Origin: Candidatus Peregrinibacteria bacterium
Lineage (GTDB): Bacteria; Patescibacteriota; Gracilibacteria; Peribacterales; Peribacteraceae
Direction: 5' to 3'
Length of the DNA: 64,000 nucleotides
Assembly: GCA_037143575.1 (NCBI GenBank)
Contig: JBAWYM010000001.1
Span: forward strand, 8,327-72,326
A program made the position numbers and the translations under genes. The notes beneath the pieces were generated by a model, which saw only the letters and a program-made list of their open reading frames with translations, had not been told where the DNA came from and ran no database searches. Positions 1-7,248 of the stretch are shown here, piece by piece. Positions within the stretch are counted from its first letter, which is position 1; each line of letters opens with the position of its first letter.

Positions 1-1049
1 TCACCGGTGACCTCGTGACCGCCGGAGGGAACATCACCATCAATGGAGCCGTGGATCAAGATATCCTGGCAGCCGGAGGCAATATTTTCATCAATGCTCC
101 TGCAGGAGGTGATGTCCGCATTGCGGGAGGAACACTGGTGACCAGTGGGAATGTGAATGGCGATCTCGTGGCAGCTGGAGGAACGATCTCGGTCAGCAGC
201 AATAGCATTGTTCGAGGTGATCTCCTGATCGGCGGTGGTCAGGTGACCATTGCCGGAACAGTGAATGGTGCTTCGACCATCCGATCCGGTACGGCAAATA
301 TCTCAGGGGAGCTCAAAGGAAAAACGGATATCAGCGCTGATCAGATTGTCATTTCCGGCACCTTCGACGGAGATACAGCCCTCGCAGGAAAGTCGATCAC
401 TCTGACTTCCACTGCAGTGCTCAAAGGAAAAATCCGCTATTGGCTTCCTGAAGCGGAGAAAGCAGCGTTCGAGGCAAGCCCGCAACTCAAAGGCTCTGTC
501 ACCTTCGACCCAACACTTGAGAAATCGGGGAAATCAGGACCTTCCAAAAATGAGATGGCAGGCGCGTTCCTTGCGCTCTTCCTGGGCTTCGAGCTCTACA
601 TGCTCTGCGCCATGGCGATCATCATTCTCCTCCTCGTCCTCGCATCCAAAACATTCGTCCCCGATGCAGCACGCGAACTCTCCGTAAATCCTTGGAAGTG
701 TCTTCTCCTGGGCTTCCTCTACTTCGCAGCCGTTCCCGTCGCCTCCTTCCTTCTCATACTCACGGTCATAGGCATCCCGCTCGCTGCCACCATTTTCGTA
801 GTCTACATGATCTCCCTCTTCTTCGCGAAAGCGGTGGCTGCCGTCGTCATAGCCGAAATGGTCAACCTCCGTCGCAAAGTCCGCTGGGGCACCTTCATGA
901 TGTTGCTCATGAGCATCGTCGCCTACATCCTCCTGAAGATTGTCGGCGCTGTCCCGCTCATCGGCTGGATCATCTCCATTGCTGTAATGTTCCTCTCGTA
1001 CGGAGCGATGCTGACGATCAAGTGGGAGCGGTGGAAGAAGGTACGATGA
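1..1049 (+). CDS. Bactofilin-like repeat protein with C-terminal multi-pass membrane domain (5' end outside window)
   Basis: ORF is open to the left window edge. The N-terminal half is a run of short G-x-[IV]-x-[IV] / AAGG turns like bactofilin (DUF583) beta-helices. The C-terminal ~160 aa has several hydrophobic helices. Confidence 0.6.
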   Translation, partial: TGDLVTAGGNITINGAVDQDILAAGGNIFINAPAGGDVRIAGGTLVTSGNVNGDLVAAGGTISVSSNSIVRGDLLIGGGQVTIAGTVNGASTIRSGTANISGELKGKTDISADQIVISGTFDGDTALAGKSITLTSTAVLKGKIRYWLPEAEKAAFEASPQLKGSVTFDPTLEKSGKSGPSKNEMAGAFLALFLGFELYMLCAMAIIILLLVLASKTFVPDAARELSVNPWKCLLLGFLYFAAVPVASFLLILTVIGIPLAATIFVVYMISLFFAKAVAAVVIAEMVNLRRKVRWGTFMMLLMSIVAYILLKIVGAVPLIGWIISIAVMFLSYGAMLTIKWERWKKVR

Positions 1050-1063
1050 GGAAGTTTGAGAGA

Positions 1064-1125
1064 TTGTAAGGGTTGTAAGGGTTGTAAATGTGAAACCTTT
1101 TGAACCCTTAGAACCTGTTCAACCA
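1064..1125. repeat. Short tandem array (TTGTAAGGG x2) with inverted partner AACCCTTA
   Basis: Read directly from the sequence. Lies between convergent genes. One of many locus-specific short arrays in this window. Confidence 0.6.
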
Positions 1126-1622
1126 TTACATACATGGGAACAAAGCCGCGCTATCCGCTCATCGCTCCCCGCTCTCAATCGATCCAGCGCCACTCCCGCC
1201 GCCACCGACACATTCAGCGATTCCTTCTTCCCGTGCATCGGGATGAAGACCACGGAATCACAGAGCTTCAGTAATTCCTCCGGCACACCCAGTACTTCCT
1301 GCCCCAGAATCAAACAAACCTTCTCGGGTGATGCAAACTTCGTAATATCGATCGCACCTTTGGTCAGTTCCAACGCAACGATGCTGTAGCCTTCCTTCCG
1401 TAACTTCCTGATCACCTTCACCGGATCGTCCTGCTGCTCCCAGGCAATCCACTCCTCCGCTCCCAGAGCGGTTTTGCTGATCTCCCGACGCGGCGGAGTG
1501 GCGGTGTAGCCGGTAAGGAAGATCTTCTCCACGCCGAAGGCATCCGCCGTCCGAAAGAACGAACCGATATTCCAGAGGGAACGGATGTTGTGAGCCAAGA
1601 GGACTATGTGAGGACGAAGCAT
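1119..1622 (-). CDS. SpoU/TrmH-family RNA 2'-O-methyltransferase
   Basis: 167-aa ORF. The C-terminal LILGQEVLGVPEELL...IPMHG..ESLNVSVAAGVAL resembles the SpoU knot motifs. Confidence 0.8.
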   Translation of the reverse strand: MLRPHIVLLAHNIRSLWNIGSFFRTADAFGVEKIFLTGYTATPPRREISKTALGAEEWIAWEQQDDPVKVIRKLRKEGYSIVALELTKGAIDITKFASPEKVCLILGQEVLGVPEELLKLCDSVVFIPMHGKKESLNVSVAAGVALDRLRAGSDERIARLCSHVCNG

Positions 1623-1627
1623 AACAA

Positions 1628-1760
1628 TGTCATAGTGAGCGTAGTCGAACTATGACATTGAATTGCATCCTTCGACTACGCTCAGGATGACAATGACTAC
1701 GCTCAGGATGATAATTGCTACTCTCAGAATGACAATTACTACGAGGATGACACGCTGAGT
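1628..1760. repeat. Cluster of palindromic REP-like elements (GTCAT..GAGCGTAGTCGAA..ATGAC family)
   Basis: Contains GTCATAGTGAGCGTAGTCGAACTATGAC and GCATCCTTCGACTACGCTCAGGATGAC plus degenerate copies. The same family recurs at 5577, 21290, 40141, 42410, 53483 and 55000. Confidence 0.75.
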
Positions 1761-1782
1761 GTATCACGATACCATCACTTCC

Positions 1783-2271
1783 ATGCTCACCTTTTCGCCT
1801 CCATCCGCCTTCCCACCCGGCACTATTGAGCGCCTCCTCCTGGAGAGCTACACACCGATCAAAACTCAACTGACAGAAGCAGAATGGACCAAGCTCACAG
1901 GGAAATTCAGCGAATTCGAACAGGAGGTCGCTCTCCACCCCGAAGTCGCCCGCTGCACGTTCATCAGCATCGTCGATGGAAGCCCCATCGGCGTCGGTTC
2001 TTACGATCCCCGCCTGTCCGACATGGGCATCATCGGAGACAATGTGATTCTTCCCGCTGCACAGGGCAAAGGCTATGGAAAGCTGCAACTCCTAGAAATC
2101 CTTCGCCAGCTCAAAGCAAAGGGATGTCATCACGTTCGCGTGAGCACCGGTGATCATCCGTTCTTCCTCTCCGCGCAGAAGAACTATCAGTCCGTGGGGT
2201 TCAAGGAAACGCGAAGGTTCATTGATGAAGACTGGCATGCCGGACAGATCGAATATGAGATGGATCTATGA
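1783..2271 (+). CDS. GNAT-family N-acetyltransferase
   Basis: ATG at 1783 chosen because the upstream GTG lies in repeat DNA. Q-G-K-G-Y-G acetyl-CoA motif, and the length is typical of GNAT proteins. Confidence 0.75.
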   Translation: MLTFSPPSAFPPGTIERLLLESYTPIKTQLTEAEWTKLTGKFSEFEQEVALHPEVARCTFISIVDGSPIGVGSYDPRLSDMGIIGDNVILPAAQGKGYGKLQLLEILRQLKAKGCHHVRVSTGDHPFFLSAQKNYQSVGFKETRRFIDEDWHAGQIEYEMDL

Positions 2272-2291
2272 GAATTTAATTTAACTGTCAT

Positions 2292-2391
2292 CCAATTTGT
2301 CACAGTGAGCCGAGCCTGTGCTGAGCCGGGACGAAGCATCGAACTGCGACAAATTGGCTCATGTCATGGTTCGACGCGGCTCACCATGACA
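2292..2391. repeat. Composite two-hairpin element, copy 1
   Basis: CCAATTTGTCACAG...CTGCGACAAATTGG followed by GTCATGGTTCGACGCGGCTCACCATGAC. A near-identical composite lies at 41797-41876. This copy supplies the last codons and the stop codon of the purQ ORF. Confidence 0.8.
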
Positions 2392-3724
2392 ACCTTTCCA
2401 TCACACTCGCATGCGGATTCCCAAAGATTTCCAAAACCGCAGACTGAAGTAATTGATCCTCCTTCACTCCACGACAGACATAACAAACTCCGGTCTGACT
2501 AGCCCCGCGAAGCTCCGAACCCGTAGGGAGCGTAGTGGGGCTTCCCTCCCCTATTGCCCCTGCACCGGTATCAGGAATATCACGTCGCAGAAACGCTACA
2601 GAACCTTCCAACGGTGATTTCCTCATCAGTTCAAGCTTCTTCGCTGCGCTATCCCAACGAAAGAACTTCCCATCCTTCCGAACAACCGCCGTTTCTTTAT
2701 TCGGATTGAAGAGGGACAAAGTAGACAAAATCGACTCCGGCGTTCTCTTCTCCGGCGAAAGATACTTGTACTGCGTGAGCCTCAGATCCGGAACAATCCG
2801 ATGCGCCGCCTGTTCCACTGTACGCTCCTCGTTATTGGTAATAATCGTCCCAATGAAAATCTCCGTGCTGCGAGGCCTTCGGGCTGTCACCGAAACTTTT
2901 TGCCCTATCTTGTCCAGCGAAGCTCCCGCAGGAGCGAAGTTGGATGCCATTTTGCCTTCTCTTGCCCCGCGAAGCTCCCGCAGGAGCGAAGTGGGGCGTT
3001 CTATCCACCTCCTCATCGAGCCAAAATACTCCACCCCATTCTCCGTCCGCTCCGGATGCGGCATCAGCGCTACCACATTCCCCGCAGGATTGCAGATTCC
3101 CGCGATAGCAAACGTCGAACCGTTGGGCGTAATCACCGGATCATCGGACACATTTCCGTGTTCGTCGCAGTAAGAAAATGCCAGCTGATCATTAGCCTTG
3201 AGCGTCTTCCACACATCCGGGTCTTTGGTAATGAATCTTCCTTCTCCGTGAGCAATCGGCAAATGTTGAGTACCTTCCCAATCCGACGTCGCACACCGGT
3301 CACGCTTGCACGTCGGCGTGATCCACACCCACTCGCTGATGAATCCGGGCGACTCGTTCCCTAAAGCATTTCTGGCAAGGCTCATCTTCAAACCATGATC
3401 CAACGGAACAAGCCCGCTTTCGACGAGCACCTGCGCCCCATTGCAGTTCCCGATGATCACTTTCCCCTTCGCGGATTCCTCATGAAGCAGAGCAAAGAGC
3501 GGATCCCGAGCGGCCACCATTCCGGCTCGCCCACGATCTTCATACGCGAATCCACCGACGAGGAAGTACCCGTCAACATTCTCGAGCTTGGAAACCGGAT
3601 CATTCCATTTGAAGAAGAGTGCATCCATTCCCGCATTCTTCACCGCCCGGATGGATTCCACTTCGCAGTTGTTGCCGGGGAAGGAAACTATAGCAATAAG
3701 CGGCTGTTTTGGGGGTTTTTGCAT
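2381..3724 (-). CDS. purQ: FGAM synthase glutamine amidotransferase subunit PurQ fused to a C-terminal PurS-like extension
   Basis: The N-terminal ~240 aa has amidotransferase motifs (GNCNGAQ, MPHPER). The C-terminal ~170 aa looks like two PurS-like repeats (LSLFNPNKE, LEIFGNPHASV). The linker is built from repeat DNA. Confidence 0.85.
   Translation of the reverse strand: MQKPPKQPLIAIVSFPGNNCEVESIRAVKNAGMDALFFKWNDPVSKLENVDGYFLVGGFAYEDRGRAGMVAARDPLFALLHEESAKGKVIIGNCNGAQVLVESGLVPLDHGLKMSLARNALGNESPGFISEWVWITPTCKRDRCATSDWEGTQHLPIAHGEGRFITKDPDVWKTLKANDQLAFSYCDEHGNVSDDPVITPNGSTFAIAGICNPAGNVVALMPHPERTENGVEYFGSMRRWIERPTSLLRELRGAREGKMASNFAPAGASLDKIGQKVSVTARRPRSTEIFIGTIITNNEERTVEQAAHRIVPDLRLTQYKYLSPEKRTPESILSTLSLFNPNKETAVVRKDGKFFRWDSAAKKLELMRKSPLEGSVAFLRRDIPDTGAGAIGEGSPTTLPTGSELRGASQTGVCYVCRGVKEDQLLQSAVLEIFGNPHASVMERLSW
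2503..2540. repeat. Imperfect palindrome (CCCCGCGAAGC...GTAGTGGGG family) in frame inside purQ
   Basis: Encodes ...PTGSELRGASQTG... on the minus strand. Related copies lie at 2914-2996, 32952-32996 and 8294-8319. Confidence 0.7.
2914..2996. repeat. Two copies of GCGAAGCTCCCGCAGGAGCGAAGT, in frame inside purQ
   Basis: The 24-nt unit occurs at 2918-2941 and 2969-2992. It translates as the linker RELRGAREG...NFAPAGASL between the PurQ and PurS-like parts. Confidence 0.75.
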
Positions 3725-3755
3725 AGTGAGTAGTGCGTAGTGAGTAGTGAGTAGG
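3725..3755. repeat. GTAGTGA-type heptamer array (left arm)
   Basis: Reads agtgagtagtgcgtagtgagtagtgagtagg. Its inverted partner is at 4125-4153. Confidence 0.8.
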
Positions 3756-4112
3756 TCACACTATAGATTTTGACAACTTATTGAGCATTTTCATAACTTC
3801 ATCGAGAAGTTCAACGGCTTCAGTATATTCATTCACATCAATCGGAAACAATTCTTTGCAGAGTTCTAGTTGTGTTTCCAATTCAGCACCAGACCCAAAG
3901 GCAATGAAAAGAAAATGTCTAAAATCTTTAGGAGTTCCTCTTCTACTGCCTTCTGCGATGTTTGATGGTATAGAGATAGCACAACGCTTCATTTGGGATG
4001 ATAAACCAAAAACCTCATCTTTCGGTAGAAAAGATATCAACTTATATACGGCTTTAGCAAGCTTCATCGATTTCTGCCAAACGATTAATTCACGATAACT
4101 TTGAACAGACAT
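3756..4112 (-). CDS. Four-helix-bundle protein (23S rRNA intervening-sequence protein family)
   Basis: 118-aa ORF with IPSNIAEG...F..F..IA.GS..E motifs typical of this family. Confidence 0.85.
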   Translation of the reverse strand: MSVQSYRELIVWQKSMKLAKAVYKLISFLPKDEVFGLSSQMKRCAISIPSNIAEGSRRGTPKDFRHFLFIAFGSGAELETQLELCKELFPIDVNEYTEAVELLDEVMKMLNKLSKSIV

Positions 4113-4124
4113 TGCCCGACCATT

Positions 4125-4153
4125 CTACCCACTACCCACTACCCACTACCAAC
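4125..4153. repeat. CTACCCA heptamer array (right arm, inverted relative to 3725-3755)
   Basis: Reads ctacccactacccactacccactaccaac, the reverse complement of a GTAGTGG array. Confidence 0.8.
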
Positions 4154-4698
4154 TAAACTTTCATAATTTCCTCCTCTTTCTTCTTCCGCACATTCTCAAT
4201 ATCCGCATTCGCCTTGTCCACCATCTTCTGGAGATCATCCTGCTGCGTGTAGCGGGCGTCTTCGTCCTTCTCCTCCGCCTTGATCTTGTCCAGAACCGTC
4301 TGGCGATGCTGGCGAATGGAAATCTTGGCTTCCTCAGCGAGCTTCTGGATGATTTTGACGAGATCCTTGCGCCGCTCCTCCGTCATCTGGGGCAGATTGA
4401 GGCGTATCACCGTTCCGTCATTCACCGGTGAAGCACCGAGGTCGGCCTGCTGCAGAGCCTTCTCCACGTTGGACATGATGGTGCGATCCCACGGCTGGAT
4501 CACGATGGTCCGCGCATCCTGGATGGAAATGCCGGCAAGCGTCTTGAGTGCCTGACGGTGACCGTAAGCCTCCACCTCCACATGATCGACCAGCGAAGCA
4601 TTGGCACGTCCCGTCTGGAGCTTACTGAATTCCGCGAGGAGGTACTTGATGACGTTTTCGGATTCGGTCTGGAAGGGAGCGAGGCGGAGATGCGGCAT
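4153..4698 (-). CDS. frr: Ribosome recycling factor
   Basis: Internal ATG at 4698 chosen because the upstream part of the ORF is repeat DNA. RRF-like over its full length (LQTGRANASLVDHVEVEAYG, QDARTIVIQPWD). Confidence 0.9.
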   Translation of the reverse strand: MPHLRLAPFQTESENVIKYLLAEFSKLQTGRANASLVDHVEVEAYGHRQALKTLAGISIQDARTIVIQPWDRTIMSNVEKALQQADLGASPVNDGTVIRLNLPQMTEERRKDLVKIIQKLAEEAKISIRQHRQTVLDKIKAEEKDEDARYTQQDDLQKMVDKANADIENVRKKKEEEIMKV

Positions 4699-4775
4699 AA
4701 TGCGGAGTGGAAAGTGGAAGGAAGAAGGAAAGAGGAAAGCGTGAGGTGAGCCGGTACAAACCAAGGAAAGTGACC

Positions 4776-4808
4776 AATCGCAATTCGCAAATCCGGAAAT
4801 CGCAAATC
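4776..4808 (-). repeat. Conserved post-stop motif (AATCGCAATTCGCAAATC..GAAATCGCAAATC family)
   Basis: Abuts the pyrH stop codon. The same ~33-nt motif abuts the stops of the genes ending at 9202, 9921 and 58229. Confidence 0.8.
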
Positions 4809-5516
4809 TCACCGATGCACGAGCGTGCCGATCTTCTCACCTTTGGCAGCTTTGAGCAATGTGCCTTCTTTGCCGAAGTCGAAGACGCGGATGGGGAGAT
4901 TCTGATCCGCACACAAGCTGAACGCCGCCTGATCCATCACATTGAGGTGCTGCTCGAGAGCCTGTTGGTAGGTCAGCTCATCGTACATCTTGGCGGTCTT
5001 CGAGGTCCGAGGATCCTTGTCGTAAATCCCTGCAACATTCGTGGCCTTCAGGAGGACATCGCAATTGAGCTCCAAAGCTCGCAAAGCGGCGGCGGAATCT
5101 GTGGTGAAGTAGGGATTACCGGTACCGCCGGCGCAGATCACAATCCTCCCCTTCTCCAGATGCCTTACCGCTCTGCGACGAATGAAGGCCTCGGCGAGCT
5201 GGGGAATATCGATGGCGGAGCAGACACGCGACTGACACCCGATCGATTCCAGTGCGGATTGCAGCGCCACACTGTTCATGATCGTCGCGAGCATCCCGAT
5301 GGCATCACTGGCCGTGCGCTCGATGCCGCTCTCCTGATTGTCGCGAAATCTCCAGATATTGCCGCCACCGATCACGATGACAACCTGAATCCCCTCCTCC
5401 AGCACTTCCTTGATGCGCTTGGCCATGCCCAGGAGAACTTTGTGATCCAGCCCAAAAGGCTGCTTACCGGCCATCGCTTCGCCGGAGATTTTCAACATAA
5501 TGCGTTTGTACTTCAT
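4809..5516 (-). CDS. pyrH: UMP kinase
   Basis: Start at ATG 5516. Motifs KISGEA and VIGGGNIWRF, with a full-length UMP-kinase-like sequence. Confidence 0.9.
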   Translation of the reverse strand: MKYKRIMLKISGEAMAGKQPFGLDHKVLLGMAKRIKEVLEEGIQVVIVIGGGNIWRFRDNQESGIERTASDAIGMLATIMNSVALQSALESIGCQSRVCSAIDIPQLAEAFIRRRAVRHLEKGRIVICAGGTGNPYFTTDSAAALRALELNCDVLLKATNVAGIYDKDPRTSKTAKMYDELTYQQALEQHLNVMDQAAFSLCADQNLPIRVFDFGKEGTLLKAAKGEKIGTLVHR

Positions 5517-5576
5517 CGTCGGAGAGTATAGCGGGAATACTTCAAAGGGCAAAAGAGCAAAGTATCCTGTCACAGA

Positions 5577-5618
5577 GCATCATGTCACAGTGAGCGTAGT
5601 CGAACTGCGACATGATGC
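5577..5618. repeat. Palindromic REP-like element
   Basis: GCATCATGTCACAGTGAGCGTAGTCGAACTGCGACATGATGC. Confidence 0.8.
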
Positions 5619-5657
5619 GATCTGTAGCCATGGACGATCGAAGGCCGTGTCATTTCC

Positions 5658-5685
5658 TTGACTTCCATCCATCCAAGTATATATT
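5658..5685 (+). promoter_or_regulatory. Sigma70-like promoter TTGACT-N16-TATATT
   Basis: Hexamers and spacing read directly from the sequence. Faces the Met-run mini-ORFs. Confidence 0.5.
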
Positions 5686-5718
5686 CCGACCGTGATCCAC
5701 CTCTCCTCCCTCGCCGCA

Positions 5719-5763
5719 ATGCAAATGATGATGCGCTCAATGCGAGGGCAGGTTGCTGCGTAG
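5719..5763 (+). CDS. Candidate leader peptide MQMMMRSMRGQVAA
   Basis: 14 codons, 5 of them Met. Embedded in alternating complementary 7-mers (CCCTCGC 5708, GCGAGGG 5742, CCCTCGC 5788, GCGAGG 5801). Confidence 0.35.
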   Translation: MQMMMRSMRGQVAA

Positions 5764-5787
5764 AAATAGATCAGCACCTGAAGTACC

Positions 5788-5813
5788 CCCTCGCACCGAA
5801 GCGAGGTTTTTTT
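5788..5813 (+). terminator. Intrinsic terminator (CCTCGC-accgaa-GCGAGG + T7)
   Basis: 6-bp GC-rich stem followed by seven T. No plus-strand gene lies upstream other than the mini-ORF. Confidence 0.6.
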
Positions 5814-5853
5814 GAAACGTACCCGCGGTACATCTCTACTCCCACTTCTCTCC

Positions 5854-5946
5854 ATGATCATCTCTTCCGCCTCCACCGTCCCCACCTCCATCATAATGAT
5901 GATGGCGATGATGATGACCCCTCTGCGAGGCGGGTGTGAGACGTAA
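5854..5946 (+). CDS. Candidate leader peptide MIISSASTVPTSIIMMMAMMMTPLRGGCET
   Basis: 30 codons with an MMMAMMM run. Followed by the hairpin and T-run at 5963-6001. Confidence 0.3.
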   Translation: MIISSASTVPTSIIMMMAMMMTPLRGGCET

Positions 5947-5962
5947 GGAAAAATATCTCACT

Positions 5963-6001
5963 TCAACCCCAACCCTCGCAGAAATGCGGGGGTTGATTTT
6001 T
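5963..6001 (+). terminator. Terminator-like hairpin (TCAACCCC...GGGGTTGA + T5)
   Basis: 8-bp outer stem with an inner CGCA-GAAA-TGCG hairpin, then ATTTTTA. Confidence 0.45.
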
Positions 6002-6027
6002 ATATCGTTCATTTCCGCCCTTCCCCA

Positions 6028-6115
6028 ATGCGCCTCTACATCCTCTATCTACGTACCGACTGCATGCTCATGCGACCTGTCTTTATCCCAAACTCTATTT
6101 CTTCATTTCTCCCCA
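6028..6115 (+). promoter_or_regulatory. Conserved 5' leader element, copy A
   Basis: The first 47 nt match copy B (7154-) at 41 of 47 positions by hand alignment. Ends in the C/T-rich tract before ATG 6116. Confidence 0.55.
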
Positions 6116-7135
6116 ATGACCATGACAACCTTTGAATCAACACCGGCAGAAGATACGGAATTTAAGCTCCGTAAACCCACGCGCACACTGTTCTACTCCG
6201 ATACCGTCGGCGGACAAACACTGCAACCGAACGGTGAACTCGAGCATCCATTCAACAGGCCATGCCTCGAGGAAATTCTCACGCAAGTCGTTCGCTCTCC
6301 AACCTTCGGAGGCAATCCGGAACGAGCCCATACCTTCGGAAGAGAAGGCTCCTTCGCACATCTCGTTGATGAGGCGCGCAGACTGCATAGAGAGCCCGCC
6401 ATCGTCGGACCGCAAGACAAAACGTTTTTCGCCCTCAATGGAGCACCAAGACTGACCACCAAAGCGGGATCCGGAAACGGCAATACCTTTTACTTCGGCA
6501 GACTGCACCCCAATTTGGAAGTCGTCGGTCCGGCGCATTGCTTTGCACGTGTACGACATCTTATTGAGGATGGACGAGTGCAATTATCCGAAGTGGATGG
6601 TGAAGGAGTGATCTGGCCCGAAAAATGTCAGGATCGTTCTTCTCATTTGCTGAGGTTGTCACAAGGAAGAGATCGGCTCAGGGGTCAGGGCAGAGCCGTT
6701 GGAGCTGAAGTGGTTCCAAAGATCCCTGAATGGACGGTGGGAGCGGTGGACAATTTCGGAGGATTCAAACTCTCCGTCGCAGATACTTGGAAATTCGTGG
6801 AGAGCGTTCGCAAAGAGGAAAGCCGTGGAAAAGATGGCCTGAAAACGATTGGCCTGGAGATAGGTGGCGTTCGTCAGGAAGTGGCTTCGGTACTCGATGC
6901 TGCTGCCCTTACAGATCTCCATCAACGCATCAAAGGTGATCCGACACGACTCGTGCTCTACCTGGACCACACGCGACCTCAGAAAGATGCAGAAGGAAAT
7001 CTCTTCGGTGCTCCAACGCTTTATTGGCCGTGGGCAGATCGATCCACTCCGAAGGAGAAATTGCTGACGCATTCTCCCTACGGAAAATTCGGCGCCAACC
7101 CGCACATCGAAGGTCTCCCCGTTAATATTTCCTGA
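6116..7135 (+). CDS. Hypothetical protein (339 aa)
   Basis: Long uninterrupted ORF. G-rich first codon positions and an ordinary soluble-protein composition. The antisense ORFs are compositional shadows (see rejected list). Confidence 0.6.
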   Translation: MTMTTFESTPAEDTEFKLRKPTRTLFYSDTVGGQTLQPNGELEHPFNRPCLEEILTQVVRSPTFGGNPERAHTFGREGSFAHLVDEARRLHREPAIVGPQDKTFFALNGAPRLTTKAGSGNGNTFYFGRLHPNLEVVGPAHCFARVRHLIEDGRVQLSEVDGEGVIWPEKCQDRSSHLLRLSQGRDRLRGQGRAVGAEVVPKIPEWTVGAVDNFGGFKLSVADTWKFVESVRKEESRGKDGLKTIGLEIGGVRQEVASVLDAAALTDLHQRIKGDPTRLVLYLDHTRPQKDAEGNLFGAPTLYWPWADRSTPKEKLLTHSPYGKFGANPHIEGLPVNIS

Positions 7136-7153
7136 TTTCATTCCCCTCATCCC

Positions 7154-7248
7154 ATGCGCTTCTACATCCTCTACCTCCGTACCACCTGCATGCTTATGCG
7201 GGATAGCTAAGCGCCAAAGCATTGTATTTCTTCTTCCCCCCAATTCTC
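7154..7248 (+). promoter_or_regulatory. Conserved 5' leader element, copy B
   Basis: ATGCGCTTCTACATCCTCTACCTCCGTACCACCTGCATGCTTATGCG..., then a C/T-rich tract before ATG 7249. Confidence 0.55.

Noticed and set aside
6116-7135. A possible DUF62 (SAM hydroxide adenosyltransferase / halogenase-like) identity for the 339-aa protein. This would have tied in with the Met-run leaders.
   Set aside because: There are only faint pattern echoes (VGAVDNFGGFKLSV versus the ID.FGN motif; VVGPAH versus VGPDNG). This is not enough to make a call without a profile search.
6137-7243. Two minus-strand ORFs (6137-6583 and 6659-7243) that overlap the plus-strand ORF 6116-7135. Their third codon positions looked C-rich, like real genes.
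   Set aside because: - Their codons are exactly phase-aligned with the plus-strand frame, so their C-rich third positions simply mirror the G-rich first positions of the plus frame.
- Their translations are Ser/Phe/Cys/His/Arg-heavy, as expected for antisense shadows.
- They are split into two pieces, whereas the plus frame is uninterrupted for 340 codons.
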